A stretch of DNA of 64,000 nt from an uncultured Candidatus Saccharibacteria bacterium (GCA_964387275.1 CAYLVW010000002.1:127286-191285); one strand, 5' to 3'; counted from the first letter of the stretch, positions 18,559-28,592 are shown. Translations and numbers: made by a program. The notes: a model not told the origin generated them from the sequence alone.

Positions 18559-20099
18559 CGTGTTTTTGGTGTGTGATACAGGTCTTTCATCTTTTTTCCG
18601 AAAATCATTCTGGTTTGCGCTTCAATAAATGGGAAAAATGAAAATGTAAGCATATTAACTATAACCATAGGCCCTTCTGCTGCTCTTAGAAACTTTTGTA
18701 AGAAGTTCCATTCTTTTGGCATAGGTGAAGCGAGTTTTAACCTAAAATATGTTGTTGGTAAAAAGAAAATTAAATTAAAAGTAAGCAATGTACTCATGAT
18801 TTTTGGAAGGCTATAAGCGAAATTAGTTTGTTTTACATACGGATTAACTAGGGTGACTATACTGAATCCAAAAGTTATTAGGTACACCATGTTTAGAAGA
18901 AGAACACGTTTTTCAAAATGTTTTAATAACCAGTTGACTTTTGAGGATAGTTTTACATTTGTATTTACCAAGAAACCTTTTACTGAAAGTGGGAAATCTA
19001 TAGCTCCCCAACCCCATCTTAATAATTGTTTGTACAAACTTACGTAAGAGTTTATGTAATTTTTACCTTCTACTGCGTCTGCAGAATAGGGTATAAAATG
19101 TGGAACTCCTTCAAAATCTCCATTTCTAGTAAAAAATGCTCTCCAGTAAAACATCGTGTCATCTACACCCAAACTCACGTCCCAAAAATCAGCATCTATT
19201 AATGTTTGCAGTGATACTGCATAGGAAGAGAATGTGTCCATGGTGGATCGTTTTGATACAGTCCACGCAGATAGGGTACCTAGAGATACTGAGTCAGCCT
19301 CTATTCTCATAACCAAAGGAACTCTCCATCGGTTGTTATTAAATAAATGCACGGCGGTTGTATAAAATTTGTTGTCCCTCTTATCACTGGATAAGTATAA
19401 GTGAGTGAGTCTTGCATAGTATTGCTTATCTAGAACATGATCAGAATCTATAGTACTCATTATGTAGTTTCTAATATTCCTACCTTTAGAGATCATTTCT
19501 TCTACAGCATGTTTGGCTCCCCACGCTCTATTTGCTGCTCCCGCTCCTATTGCTTCACCTGGTATTCCTGCAGGATGGGCATATATTAAAACATCCTCAA
19601 ACTCATAATTATATTCACCTAATATTCTATTAATAGTTTCTTTAGTTTTTTCTGCAAACCTTTCTTCTATTGTATATATCAGCGTCATTTGTTTAGTTGG
19701 GAAGGTTTGATTTATTACGCTTGATAAAGAATCTTTAAGTACCTCATAAGGCTCATTAACAGCTGGTATTAGTATAAAATGTCTGACTTCTGAAAGGGAT
19801 GAAGGTAAAGTTTTTTTATCTGGTAAATCTTGGAAATTTAATTTTTGGCACTCCTCAAGCCAATTCATGGACATCTCTTCCTTATGTTTTTTATAACCAA
19901 TAAACATTCCGTAGCTGTGTTTTACACCCAGAAAGATCCAATAAACAGTTAAGAATGTAAGGATATATACAATAACCTGCGGTGCCAGTAATCCTAACCA
20001 GATAGGTGATAGTAATAATAACCAGGTAGCAACTCCTGGGATGGATTCTAAAATTCTATGGACTTTTTTGTCGTTTTTTAAAACATATTCTCTAAACAT
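18555..20099 (-). CDS. Membrane-bound processive family-2 glycosyltransferase (cellulose/chitin/hyaluronan-synthase-like)
   Basis: DSDH (DxD) and QLLRWGWG (QxxRW) motifs; N- and C-terminal TM helices; 514 aa. Overlaps the MraY-like gene by 4 nt. Confidence 0.6.
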   Translation of the reverse strand: MFREYVLKNDKKVHRILESIPGVATWLLLLSPIWLGLLAPQVIVYILTFLTVYWIFLGVKHSYGMFIGYKKHKEEMSMNWLEECQKLNFQDLPDKKTLPSSLSEVRHFILIPAVNEPYEVLKDSLSSVINQTFPTKQMTLIYTIEERFAEKTKETINRILGEYNYEFEDVLIYAHPAGIPGEAIGAGAANRAWGAKHAVEEMISKGRNIRNYIMSTIDSDHVLDKQYYARLTHLYLSSDKRDNKFYTTAVHLFNNNRWRVPLVMRIEADSVSLGTLSAWTVSKRSTMDTFSSYAVSLQTLIDADFWDVSLGVDDTMFYWRAFFTRNGDFEGVPHFIPYSADAVEGKNYINSYVSLYKQLLRWGWGAIDFPLSVKGFLVNTNVKLSSKVNWLLKHFEKRVLLLNMVYLITFGFSIVTLVNPYVKQTNFAYSLPKIMSTLLTFNLIFFLPTTYFRLKLASPMPKEWNFLQKFLRAAEGPMVIVNMLTFSFFPFIEAQTRMIFGKKMKDLYHTPKTR

Positions 20100-20105
20100 A
20101 TCTAA

Positions 20106-20894
20106 TTAGGGTAGGTTGAAAAAGCAGACGGTGTTTTCGTACGTTTTTTGACATACATATTCAATCGGTTGATTTATTGTTTCGGCAACCTTTTGTGCCA
20201 CAATTTTAACATACTTAGGTTCATTAATCTCTTTTCTGAAGGGGTTTGGGGTAAGGTATGGGGAATCTGTTTCCAGCATTATTTTATCTAAAGGAATCAT
20301 CTTTATTACCTCCAACAGATGGGATTTAGTTTGATAAGTTATCATACCTGTAAACGATAGATAAGTTCCAAGTTTGATAAACCTTTCTGCTATTTCTTGT
20401 TCTGAAGAAAAGCAGTGGACAACAGCTTTAAGGCTTCTGTCAACCAGTCTATCTCTATACGCTTCTAATATTTTTAGTATTACTTCATCTCCACCTCGGT
20501 TGTGGATAATTAAAGGCAGTTTATTGTATATTGCCAATTCTATTTGCATTTTGAAAAGTTCCACTTGTCTCTGAAGAGGAGTATTATCATAATTTTCTTG
20601 TATATCTATTCCACACTCTCCAATTGCTATTGGGCGTGGCTGTGAATTTATTAAGTTTTGTAACTTTTCTTTTAATATTTCTATGCTGAAATGCCTTTCT
20701 TCTTGTGGGTAAATACCCACAGTATGAAGCGCTTCTTTATAAATTGAGTTTAGTAGCTTCGCCTCTTCTGAATCTTTTAAGCTTGTTCCAACATTTACTA
20801 CTTTTTCTATGCCTTCTAATTTAGCGCGTTCTAATGTAAGTTCAGCTTCTCTGAGATTTGTTGGTAAATGACAATGAGAATCAATCAATTTCAT
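20106..20894 (-). CDS. tatD: TatD-family metal-dependent hydrolase (DNase)
   Basis: N-terminal LIDSHCHL motif and TatD-length TIM-barrel hydrolase pattern; 262 aa. Confidence 0.8.
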   Translation of the reverse strand: MKLIDSHCHLPTNLREAELTLERAKLEGIEKVVNVGTSLKDSEEAKLLNSIYKEALHTVGIYPQEERHFSIEILKEKLQNLINSQPRPIAIGECGIDIQENYDNTPLQRQVELFKMQIELAIYNKLPLIIHNRGGDEVILKILEAYRDRLVDRSLKAVVHCFSSEQEIAERFIKLGTYLSFTGMITYQTKSHLLEVIKMIPLDKIMLETDSPYLTPNPFRKEINEPKYVKIVAQKVAETINQPIEYVCQKTYENTVCFFNLP

Positions 20895-20963
20895 TACGCA
20901 ATATTAAAATTTTTTAACTGTATTTCCAATAACAAGGTAATTTTTTGCTAAAATGAATATAGC

Positions 20964-21554
20964 ATGAATATTAAAACTACCATTCCTCCCTTTATCTTAA
21001 TACTTGTCTCTTTACTTACGGGGTTAACCATTGGTTTTGGTATATTTTTTTATCTCATACTTAAACAACCGCAGGTTTTTCAGATGAATAAACAGCAACC
21101 CGGTTCCAGCACAAAGGATTTGTCCACTCAAATAATTGCTCTGGAGGCAGAGGTATTAAGACTAAAAGCACTTACTTCTGAAGAACCCTCTAGTAACGCT
21201 ACTGCAGACGACTCAACACATCTTTTAAGAAAGCCTTTGGTTATTTTTAAACCAGCTAACTCTTTTTCTTCTTCTGAGAAAGAAGTATTAGTTGAGCGTT
21301 TAATCAATCCTTATTTTGATTTTAATAATGAAGAGGAGATGAATTTTTTGGTTATGGTTGTGAGCAAAAATACACCACCTGTTAGTGGTTACTATTACAC
21401 TATTAACACCCAAACTGCTAGTGGTGCTACCGCGGAATTTTTATATAGTGCTTCCAATACAAACCAGGATTGGTGGTTACCTGAATGTTCTCAGGCGTGT
21501 AGTTTCACCGACTCTTTTAAAGCTAAATATCCTAATATAGTTTCACAATATTAA
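20964..21554 (+). CDS. Hypothetical N-terminally membrane-anchored protein
   Basis: 196-aa ORF with one N-terminal TM helix. Stop overlaps the start of pgi by 1 nt (TAATG). Confidence 0.4.
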   Translation: MNIKTTIPPFILILVSLLTGLTIGFGIFFYLILKQPQVFQMNKQQPGSSTKDLSTQIIALEAEVLRLKALTSEEPSSNATADDSTHLLRKPLVIFKPANSFSSSEKEVLVERLINPYFDFNNEEEMNFLVMVVSKNTPPVSGYYYTINTQTASGATAEFLYSASNTNQDWWLPECSQACSFTDSFKAKYPNIVSQY

Positions 21555-22783
21555 TGAAATATAACAAAAACTACACATTTAATAATTTAACTGCCACAGA
21601 AGAGGATAATTTAACCCTTCTTAATGATTACGCACTTTCTTTAAAAGAAGATCCAGAAAAGTATTTAAATGAGCTAGCAATTTTATCCACTTTTACCTCG
21701 ATATTACAAAAAGACATAACAGTTTTAATAAAAAAAACCAAAGAAATTTCTTATAAAAACGTGATTTTAGTGGGAATTGGTGGCTCCAGTATGGGGGTTA
21801 AGGCAGTGTGGGATTTTCTTGGGAAGAATTCTACAAAAAAATTAACTGTATTAGATACTGTAAACACAGATTTACTTACTAGTTTGAAAGATTCCAAAGA
21901 ATTTACTCCAGAGAATGCTGTTGTTATTTTTGTTTCTAAATCTGGCACTACACTTGAATCTATAGTGAATTTAGAGATATTAAATCAATATGGTTACCTA
22001 ACACAAGATAGGTTTTTTGCAGTAGTATCAGAAAACTCAGATATTAAAGACTCCTTAACAGAAGTTTCAAAAAATATATACTACATATCAGAATACTTAA
22101 GTGGAAGATACTCTATTTTTAGTTGGGTAGGTATACTCCCTCTTACCTTACTTGGTATTGATACTAAGGACTTTTTGCAATCAGCTGAAGAAACATTAAA
22201 AAGTTTCTACAGAGACATTAAATCTTCTGAGGCAATAGAGACATCAGTGATGCTTCACAGGTTTTTTCTTGAACAAAGATATATTTACAACAATTTTTCA
22301 CTAGACCCTACCTTAAATAGTTTAATGTTTTGGTATAGGCAACTTTATAGCGAGAGTGTGGGAAAAGATGCGAATAGATATCAGTCTTATTTTATGCCTA
22401 ATATAGCAACTGCAGACTACCACTCTGTTTTACAAATGTATTTTGCAAGTCCAAAGAATCAAATATTTAGTTTTCTTTCTACACCAATAAATACAGAACC
22501 TATAAAAATTACAGACCCTAGGTTTTACTCCAACCTAGATACGCAAACCACTTCTTTTATATATGAAACTCTAAATATCAGTGTGGCAAAAACGGCAGAT
22601 GAATTAAGTATTCCTTGTATAGATATTTCTATTAATAAGACTGAACGCGACCTAGCACATTTTTTAGTGACAAAAATTTTAGAAGTAATGTTTCTTTGTA
22701 GATTGCTTGGGGTAAATGCCTTTAATCAACCAAACATAGAATCATATAAGAAGAATGCTAAAAACATTATTGAAAGTAATTAA
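21554..22783 (+). CDS. pgi: Glucose-6-phosphate isomerase (short SIS-domain type)
   Basis: VILVGIGGSSMGVKAV resembles the PGI SIS-domain motif (I/VGIGGSxLG); 409 aa. Confidence 0.6.
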   Translation: MKYNKNYTFNNLTATEEDNLTLLNDYALSLKEDPEKYLNELAILSTFTSILQKDITVLIKKTKEISYKNVILVGIGGSSMGVKAVWDFLGKNSTKKLTVLDTVNTDLLTSLKDSKEFTPENAVVIFVSKSGTTLESIVNLEILNQYGYLTQDRFFAVVSENSDIKDSLTEVSKNIYYISEYLSGRYSIFSWVGILPLTLLGIDTKDFLQSAEETLKSFYRDIKSSEAIETSVMLHRFFLEQRYIYNNFSLDPTLNSLMFWYRQLYSESVGKDANRYQSYFMPNIATADYHSVLQMYFASPKNQIFSFLSTPINTEPIKITDPRFYSNLDTQTTSFIYETLNISVAKTADELSIPCIDISINKTERDLAHFLVTKILEVMFLCRLLGVNAFNQPNIESYKKNAKNIIESN

Positions 22784-24395
22784 TTTATTTTTTCCCGAGG
22801 GAGACAGAGCTACCCCGTTACTTGATCTTACTTCTTTTGAGCACTCAAGAAGTTTTAAACATTTTATTAAGACTCACTACAAAGATCTTTTAATATTATT
22901 TATCCTATTTTTTGTTGGATTAGTTTTTAGGTTTTACTACATAAATTTTGGATTGCCTCATAGCTTTCATGCTGACGAGCCTGAGATAGTTGAGCCTGCT
23001 ATAAAATACACATTTGAATTAAAAAATATTGTTCAAAATAGTGATTACTACAAATTTATTCCTGTTTCTTTTGTTTATGGAACATTTCCTACATATGTAA
23101 ATACTATGTTGGTTATGTTGTATTCAAAATCTGCAAATTTACTTGGATTAGCTTTTGATAAATCCACTCTTTATGTTTTATCCAGGGGTTTTGTTGCCTT
23201 GACAAACGCTTCTTTAATTTTTCTTACCTATTTTTTATATGTAAGAGTTACTAAGGTGTATAAGGGGGCGTTACTTGCAGCGCTATTATTTGCCCTAAAT
23301 TGGAACCAGATTGTACTATCTCACTACGTTAATCAAGATGCTTATACTGTTTTTCTCCAACTACTTGCTCTGTATTTTGGGTATAGATTATTTGACTCTA
23401 AAATTAAGACCTTAACGGTGGTAATTTTAGGTGTGTTAGTGGGGTTTTTAATAGGAACTAAAATAACAACAGTTATAGTTCTACCTCTATTTTTATTGCC
23501 TTTTATTGCCAAGAAAGATATTAGATCTCTAGTTGCATTTTTATTTATAGTCTTTGGATCCTTTTGCTTAAGCAACCCTTTTTCCATAATATTTTTTCAA
23601 GATTTTATGTTAAGAATTGTTGAAATGTTTACCAAGGAAGCTGGTGTAGTTATTGATAGTTATGATCCTACAATATTTAAGTACTTTTTAAGTTTGGAAA
23701 ATTTAATAACAAGCTTTTTATTAATACTAAGTCTATTAGGCATGGTGCACTTTGGTTTTAGGAACGAAACGACAGGATACAAAAAAATTTACCTACTTGG
23801 TTTTATAGTAATCTATGTAGTGTTTTTTTCTATCTCATCCAGAAGAATTGATAGATGGGTTGCGCCTATAGTTCCACTATTACTAATTTTTTCTTCATAT
23901 TATTTAGCACATCTTTCTAAAAAAATTGGGTTATTTTTGGTACTTGTATCAATTTCTGTTTACTTGTACAAACCTGCTTTGTTGCTGTATCAATACCAAA
24001 GATTTACTCCAAAGTCAGAGGCTTATCTTTGGTTGCAAAAAAATACCAACGCGGTGGATAGAAAATTCGTATTGACTGAGGAGGGATTAGACCCTATAAA
24101 TAAGCTACCAAACTCTTCCTCTTTGGTGTTTAATCAGTATGAAAGTGAGGGGGCTTTTTTGACTTTCCCCCCAAACCCTTATTTATACGACTATATTATC
24201 CTTTCATCAAAATCACTGGATTCTTATAAGAAAGATTTTATACAGAAAGAGCACCCATATTATTTTGAAAAGTGGGAACGTTTTGAATCTTTGGTAACTA
24301 CAAGTAAGGATTTTGAAAATGTTTATGAGAAATCTATCTCAAAACCAAATTTGATAAATGTGTCTGATGTTTACGTGTACAAAAGAGTTAGATAG
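22755..24395 (+). CDS. Polytopic membrane protein, GT-C-fold glycosyltransferase-like (ArnT/PMT-like, family 39/83)
   Basis: 546 aa, >10 TM helices. Early loop with HADEPEIVE (DE-containing loop as in GT-C enzymes). C-terminal soluble domain. Confidence 0.4.
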   Translation: MLKTLLKVINLFFPEGDRATPLLDLTSFEHSRSFKHFIKTHYKDLLILFILFFVGLVFRFYYINFGLPHSFHADEPEIVEPAIKYTFELKNIVQNSDYYKFIPVSFVYGTFPTYVNTMLVMLYSKSANLLGLAFDKSTLYVLSRGFVALTNASLIFLTYFLYVRVTKVYKGALLAALLFALNWNQIVLSHYVNQDAYTVFLQLLALYFGYRLFDSKIKTLTVVILGVLVGFLIGTKITTVIVLPLFLLPFIAKKDIRSLVAFLFIVFGSFCLSNPFSIIFFQDFMLRIVEMFTKEAGVVIDSYDPTIFKYFLSLENLITSFLLILSLLGMVHFGFRNETTGYKKIYLLGFIVIYVVFFSISSRRIDRWVAPIVPLLLIFSSYYLAHLSKKIGLFLVLVSISVYLYKPALLLYQYQRFTPKSEAYLWLQKNTNAVDRKFVLTEEGLDPINKLPNSSSLVFNQYESEGAFLTFPPNPYLYDYIILSSKSLDSYKKDFIQKEHPYYFEKWERFESLVTTSKDFENVYEKSISKPNLINVSDVYVYKRVR

Positions 24396-24603
24396 TTTTT
24401 GACTCCCCTCCAAGCCTTTGATAACCTATTTGTATGGAAATACTTTGGATAGTTGCATTTTTATACTTGCTTGTAGGGATTGTTTACGCTTTTTATATTC
24501 TATTTTTTGGGTATGATCGGTGGTATTGGTTTCCTGTTAATGTCCTGGGGGGTCCTATCGTTTTAATTTATTTGGTTTTACTAAGAAAACAAACTTACAG
24601 AAG

Positions 24604-25335
24604 ATGATAACACTAAGGAAACATCTTGAAGGTAAGAAGTTGGTAATTTTTGACTTAGATGGAACTATAATCAATACACATTCTCTAGTACTGGATGCAT
24701 TAAACGCGACGTTATTAAACTTACATGCCTACCCAATTGATTCGATGCCAGAGGGTATCTATATGCAGGATTTAATTACTTCTACCCTAGCAGTACAGGG
24801 AATAAAAACAAAAATTAAACCCAAAGAATTATCCTCACAAGTATTTACTAAATATCTTGAAATACTGGATACCACTAATTTAGAAGTAAAAGCAGGGTTT
24901 TGGGAAGCAGTGTTTCTTTTTAAAGAGCAGTTTAAATTACCAATTGCTTTATGCTCTAATACAGAGAGGGCTGCAGTATCAAAGCTGCTAAATAAGTTAA
25001 ATATTAAGAATACCTTTGATCTTGTTTTATGTGGTGACGACGTTCCAAGACCAAAACCCAGTCCCGATATTTATAAAAAGGTTTTAAACCACTTTAAGAT
25101 TCCAGCCCACAAAGCTCTGGCGTTTGAAGATTCTCCAAGTGGCGCAGCATCTTCAGTTGGTGCTGGTATCGAGACTTTTGTTATTTGGGATTCTATTACA
25201 AACAAAAATGAGTTTCCTCAAGAAGTGGAATATTTTTACCCCGACTTTACACTTTTTAAATCCCGTCTGGACTTTGATATAGATAAAGACTTGAAATATT
25301 TTAAAGAGAGATTTGGATCCCGAGTAGGGCTTTAA
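24604..25335 (+). CDS. HAD-superfamily hydrolase, subfamily IA (beta-phosphoglucomutase/phosphatase-like)
   Basis: Motif I VIFDLDGTIINT, motif II LCSNT, motif IV FEDSPSG; PRPKPSPDIY loop. Confidence 0.8.
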   Translation: MITLRKHLEGKKLVIFDLDGTIINTHSLVLDALNATLLNLHAYPIDSMPEGIYMQDLITSTLAVQGIKTKIKPKELSSQVFTKYLEILDTTNLEVKAGFWEAVFLFKEQFKLPIALCSNTERAAVSKLLNKLNIKNTFDLVLCGDDVPRPKPSPDIYKKVLNHFKIPAHKALAFEDSPSGAASSVGAGIETFVIWDSITNKNEFPQEVEYFYPDFTLFKSRLDFDIDKDLKYFKERFGSRVGL

Positions 25336-25358
25336 TTGCCCTACAGTGCATCTCGAAT

Positions 25359-25610
25359 TTAATCAGCAAATTTGAACACCACTTCTTCCACAAAGAAGAA
25401 TACATAACCCTTTTTTGACCAGTTAATCATGCCCCAAAGTTTGTCTACATATCCTTGAACAACAAGTTCTACTGTGCCGTCTGACTTTTGGGTAAAACCA
25501 TGCGTTTTAAGTCCTAGTGATTTTGCTTTTGCAAAAGCAAACACTTTATATAAGTGATTTTTTATTTTACCTTTGATGTTTATATGTACTTTTTTCTGTT
25601 TGTTAGTCAT
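25359..25610 (-). CDS. Acylphosphatase-like small protein
   Basis: 83 aa; pattern HINIKGKIKNHLYKVFAFAKAKSLGLKTHGF...DGTVELVVQG loosely matches the acylphosphatase V.G.VQGV...G..G.V.N..DGsVe..vqG signature. Confidence 0.35.
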   Translation of the reverse strand: MTNKQKKVHINIKGKIKNHLYKVFAFAKAKSLGLKTHGFTQKSDGTVELVVQGYVDKLWGMINWSKKGYVFFFVEEVVFKFAD

Positions 25611-25707
25611 GAGTACTCACCACCTAACTTAAACGTTCCTTTTCTTGGGGAACCCATAATCTTAACCTAATAATGTCCAAGTGTCAATACTATAAGATGT
25701 AAGGCTC

Positions 25708-25962
25708 TTGTGTGGGATAAATCTAACAATGTATATTTATAATATGAATACAACACAACCTAATACCCATATAACTTTTGAGTGCCCTAATTGTGGGCCT
25801 ATTTCCAGAGATGATGTGATTTTTTTGTGTAATACCTGCAATCAAGAAGATGTTGTATATAAAGATGGAGTTTATATGTGCCCCGCATGTTTCACAAAAG
25901 GTGAGAATTTCCAATGTATGGTTTGTGATTCAAAGCAAGTAGTTCTAAAAAAGACAAAATAA
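25708..25962 (+). CDS. Small zinc-ribbon protein with four CxxC pairs
   Basis: CPNC...CNTC...CPAC...CMVC in 84 aa, followed by an intrinsic terminator. Confidence 0.5.
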   Translation: MCGINLTMYIYNMNTTQPNTHITFECPNCGPISRDDVIFLCNTCNQEDVVYKDGVYMCPACFTKGENFQCMVCDSKQVVLKKTK

Positions 25963-25987
25963 ACGCACAATCCGCCTTTCTAATAAA

Positions 25988-26012
25988 CCCAGACAGCCTA
26001 GTCTGGGTTTTT
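25988..26012 (+). terminator. Rho-independent terminator (7-bp GC stem cccagac/gtctggg plus T5)
   Basis: Hairpin and T-run read directly downstream of the zinc-ribbon ORF. Confidence 0.55.
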
Positions 26013-26119
26013 GTGTGCGCCCCGGGTACTATAACTACAGGTTAGTTGTATATCAACACTATAAGTCTATCTTACAAATAATGTTGATGTGACAACAAAA
26101 AAGACTCTGTGGATAACTT

Positions 26120-26794
26120 ATGGAAATCTTGCTAAATTTATTATTACCCCAAAAATGTGTTGTTTGTGGTTCTATCAGCGACTCCATTTGTACAGAGTGT
26201 TTGTTGAAAACCAAACCCTTAGAAGGGGTTATTTATTACGATTTAGAAACTAACAAATTTATAGATAAGAAAAACACAAAAGAAAATATGCTTATAAATT
26301 TTATGTTTAATTACTCTGATGTTGTGAGAGATGTGATTTTAAAATCTAAGTATTCTCCAAAAAGCTTTAATGCTTTAAAAAAATTACTTTGTTACTACTA
26401 CAAAACACACAATTATTTACTTAATGACTGTATATTAGTACCCGTTCCTTTGAGTTCTCCTAAATATAGGGAAAGGGGTTTTAATCAATCTCTACTTATC
26501 GCTAATTATTTAAAAAACCTATATAGGGGTATTTCAGTATCAGATATTTTAGTGAGGGGAAGGGACACTACGGCTCAATTTAAAAATAGTAGGAATGAGC
26601 GTTTTAAGAATATTAGGGGTTCTATCAAAGTTTCAAAACATATTCCACCAAGTATGAAGACTTGCAAAGTTTGTATAGTAGATGATATCTGTACAACAGG
26701 ATCTACATTATCTGAGTGTTACAAAATACTTCAAAAAGTGGGATTTAGCCAGATCTTTTGTGTCTGTGTTTGTAGGTCTGTAGAGAGATTTTAA
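26120..26794 (+). CDS. comFC: ComF-family protein (ComFC-like phosphoribosyltransferase with N-terminal zinc finger)
   Basis: N-terminal CVVCGS...CTEC zinc finger; C-terminal PRTase motif VCIVDDICTTGSTL. Confidence 0.7.
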   Translation: MEILLNLLLPQKCVVCGSISDSICTECLLKTKPLEGVIYYDLETNKFIDKKNTKENMLINFMFNYSDVVRDVILKSKYSPKSFNALKKLLCYYYKTHNYLLNDCILVPVPLSSPKYRERGFNQSLLIANYLKNLYRGISVSDILVRGRDTTAQFKNSRNERFKNIRGSIKVSKHIPPSMKTCKVCIVDDICTTGSTLSECYKILQKVGFSQIFCVCVCRSVERF

Positions 26795-26799
26795 AAAAT

Positions 26800-27040
26800 C
26801 CCCCACAAAACCTATGCGCTATGCCTGCTCTCGTTGTCAGCACATAACTTGGTTCTGTGGGGGCAATGTCACTAATCTGCTTGGATTGTGCAACGCAATT
26901 TTTGCAGAAATACAGTGACAAGGTTTCGTCGAACGCCTCCCCATATTTAACTAACCCTTGTTGCCAGGGCAACCGCCTGTAACGTGCAGCGATTTTTGGG
27001 CGAGGGATCCTCAACTTGAAAACCAGTATACATAACTATA
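26800..27040. other. GC-enriched intergenic segment with extensive potential secondary structure; candidate structured ncRNA or leader, class unknown
   Basis: Locally higher G+C than surroundings. Hairpin ttgcc-ag-ggcaa and long-range complementarity tgggggcaatgtcact / agtgacaagg...gcctcccca. The only ORF here (26745..27014, minus) overlaps comFC and looks spurious. Confidence 0.2.
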
Positions 27041-27046
27041 GGTCAT

Positions 27047-27961
27047 TTGTCAAGCTTAGTAGTCACCAATATACTTAAAGAAATGCGTAAAGAATCTTCT
27101 TATATACATCACAAAAATTCTGATATTACAAAACTTGAGATAATTGCTACAGAGCTTAGAGAAATGGTAATTGAGATGTTAGTTGAAGCAAAATCTGGTC
27201 ACTCAGCCGGATCATTGGGTGCAGCAGATATTATTACATCACTATTTTTTAATATTTTGGATATAGACTCAAAGGATCCAAAATTTGAGAAGAGAGACAG
27301 ATTTTTACTTTCTAATGGACATGTGTGCCCAATTTATTATGCTGCATTAGCAAAAAGAGGATTTTTTGATAAAAGTCTTTTAAAAACTTTTAGAAAAGTA
27401 GACTCAACTCTGCAAGGACATCCTCATTTTGGAAGTATCGCCGGTATTGAGAATACTAGTGGTCCTTTGGGACAGGGTTTATCTCAGGCTGTGGGCTTGG
27501 CTTTAGCACTTTCTATGGATACTAATAGTTCTAGAGTGTATTGTTTGGGAAGTGATGGGGAGTTGCAAGAAGGGCAGACTTGGGAGGCTGCAATGTTTGC
27601 AGCAAATAACCATTTGACTAACCTTACCTGGGTAATTGATAGAAATGGTATACAAATCAGTGGTAACACCGAAAATATAAATGGAATAGAGCCTCTTAGG
27701 AATAAGTTAGAGGCATTCGGGTGGTATGTTATAGAGGTTGATGGCCATAACATCGAAGAGTTGATTAACGCTTTTAATTTGGCAAAAACTATCACACAAA
27801 GGCCGACTGTTTTGATTGCTCATACCATACCTGGTAAGGGTGTAAGTTTTATGGAGGGTAAATACCAGTGGCATGGTAAGGTTCCAAATACGGATGAGGG
27901 AAAGGCTGCTTTGAAAAGCTTACGGACTTTGGAAGGACGTCTAGAAGTTACTGAGTACTAG
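27047..27961 (+). CDS. Transketolase, N-terminal (TPP-binding) subunit
   Basis: GHSAGSLGAADII (GHxGxxLS-type TPP motif), GDGELQEGQTWEA; 304 aa, typical of the split-transketolase N-half. Confidence 0.85.
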   Translation: MSSLVVTNILKEMRKESSYIHHKNSDITKLEIIATELREMVIEMLVEAKSGHSAGSLGAADIITSLFFNILDIDSKDPKFEKRDRFLLSNGHVCPIYYAALAKRGFFDKSLLKTFRKVDSTLQGHPHFGSIAGIENTSGPLGQGLSQAVGLALALSMDTNSSRVYCLGSDGELQEGQTWEAAMFAANNHLTNLTWVIDRNGIQISGNTENINGIEPLRNKLEAFGWYVIEVDGHNIEELINAFNLAKTITQRPTVLIAHTIPGKGVSFMEGKYQWHGKVPNTDEGKAALKSLRTLEGRLEVTEY

Positions 27962-27998
27962 TATTGATATTTTGATTGTTTTTTAGGAGAATAAGGTC

Positions 27999-28577
27999 AT
28001 GTCTAAAACAAAATCACAAATGAATTTATTGCCTGTAGCTTTATTGATTTTACTCATAATAGGTGCGGGGTATTTATTACTTAAAGGTGAAGTTAAGTTA
28101 CCTGATTTTTTTAACACCGAGCCTCAGGTTAGGAGATTAAATGGTTTCCCCACGGTTTTATACACCTCAGAAAAATTAGAAAAGCAACGATTGGTGATAA
28201 AAACCCAAGAGGATTTACAGACATTTTTACAAACTGTAGATAAAACAGGAATTCTTCAGTTGCAAGAAAAGATCGACTTTAGCAGAGAGTATTTATTGGG
28301 TGTTTCTTCTGAAACCGTAGATTTTACAGGCTCTACTATGAAGATTAGAAAAGTCTATCAGGATAAGGAGAACAAAAAACTAATAGTAGAGTTACGTCAA
28401 ACCCTAAACGATGAGGAATGTCCTGATATTGAAAAGGACCCAAACATAGCCGTTGATGTTGTTGCAATAAACAAAACAGATTGGGATATTGAATTTGAGC
28501 TTGTTAAAGATAAAAAAACTTGTGAGAAAGATGATAACTCCTCTGAAAGTTCTTCCAGCACAGACACAGGCAATTAA
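27999..28577 (+). CDS. Hypothetical secreted/membrane-anchored protein inserted between the two transketolase halves
   Basis: 192 aa with an N-terminal signal/TM segment and a Ser-rich C-terminus. RBS-like GGAG upstream. Confidence 0.4.
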   Translation: MSKTKSQMNLLPVALLILLIIGAGYLLLKGEVKLPDFFNTEPQVRRLNGFPTVLYTSEKLEKQRLVIKTQEDLQTFLQTVDKTGILQLQEKIDFSREYLLGVSSETVDFTGSTMKIRKVYQDKENKKLIVELRQTLNDEECPDIEKDPNIAVDVVAINKTDWDIEFELVKDKKTCEKDDNSSESSSSTDTGN

Positions 28578-28592
28578 GTTTGTTAAACTGCC

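Noticed and set aside
26745-27014. 89-aa minus-strand ORF in the comFC-tkt spacer
   Set aside because: It overlaps the 3' end of comFC, is Arg-rich with no motif, and coincides with a GC-rich structured segment better explained as an RNA element or leader.
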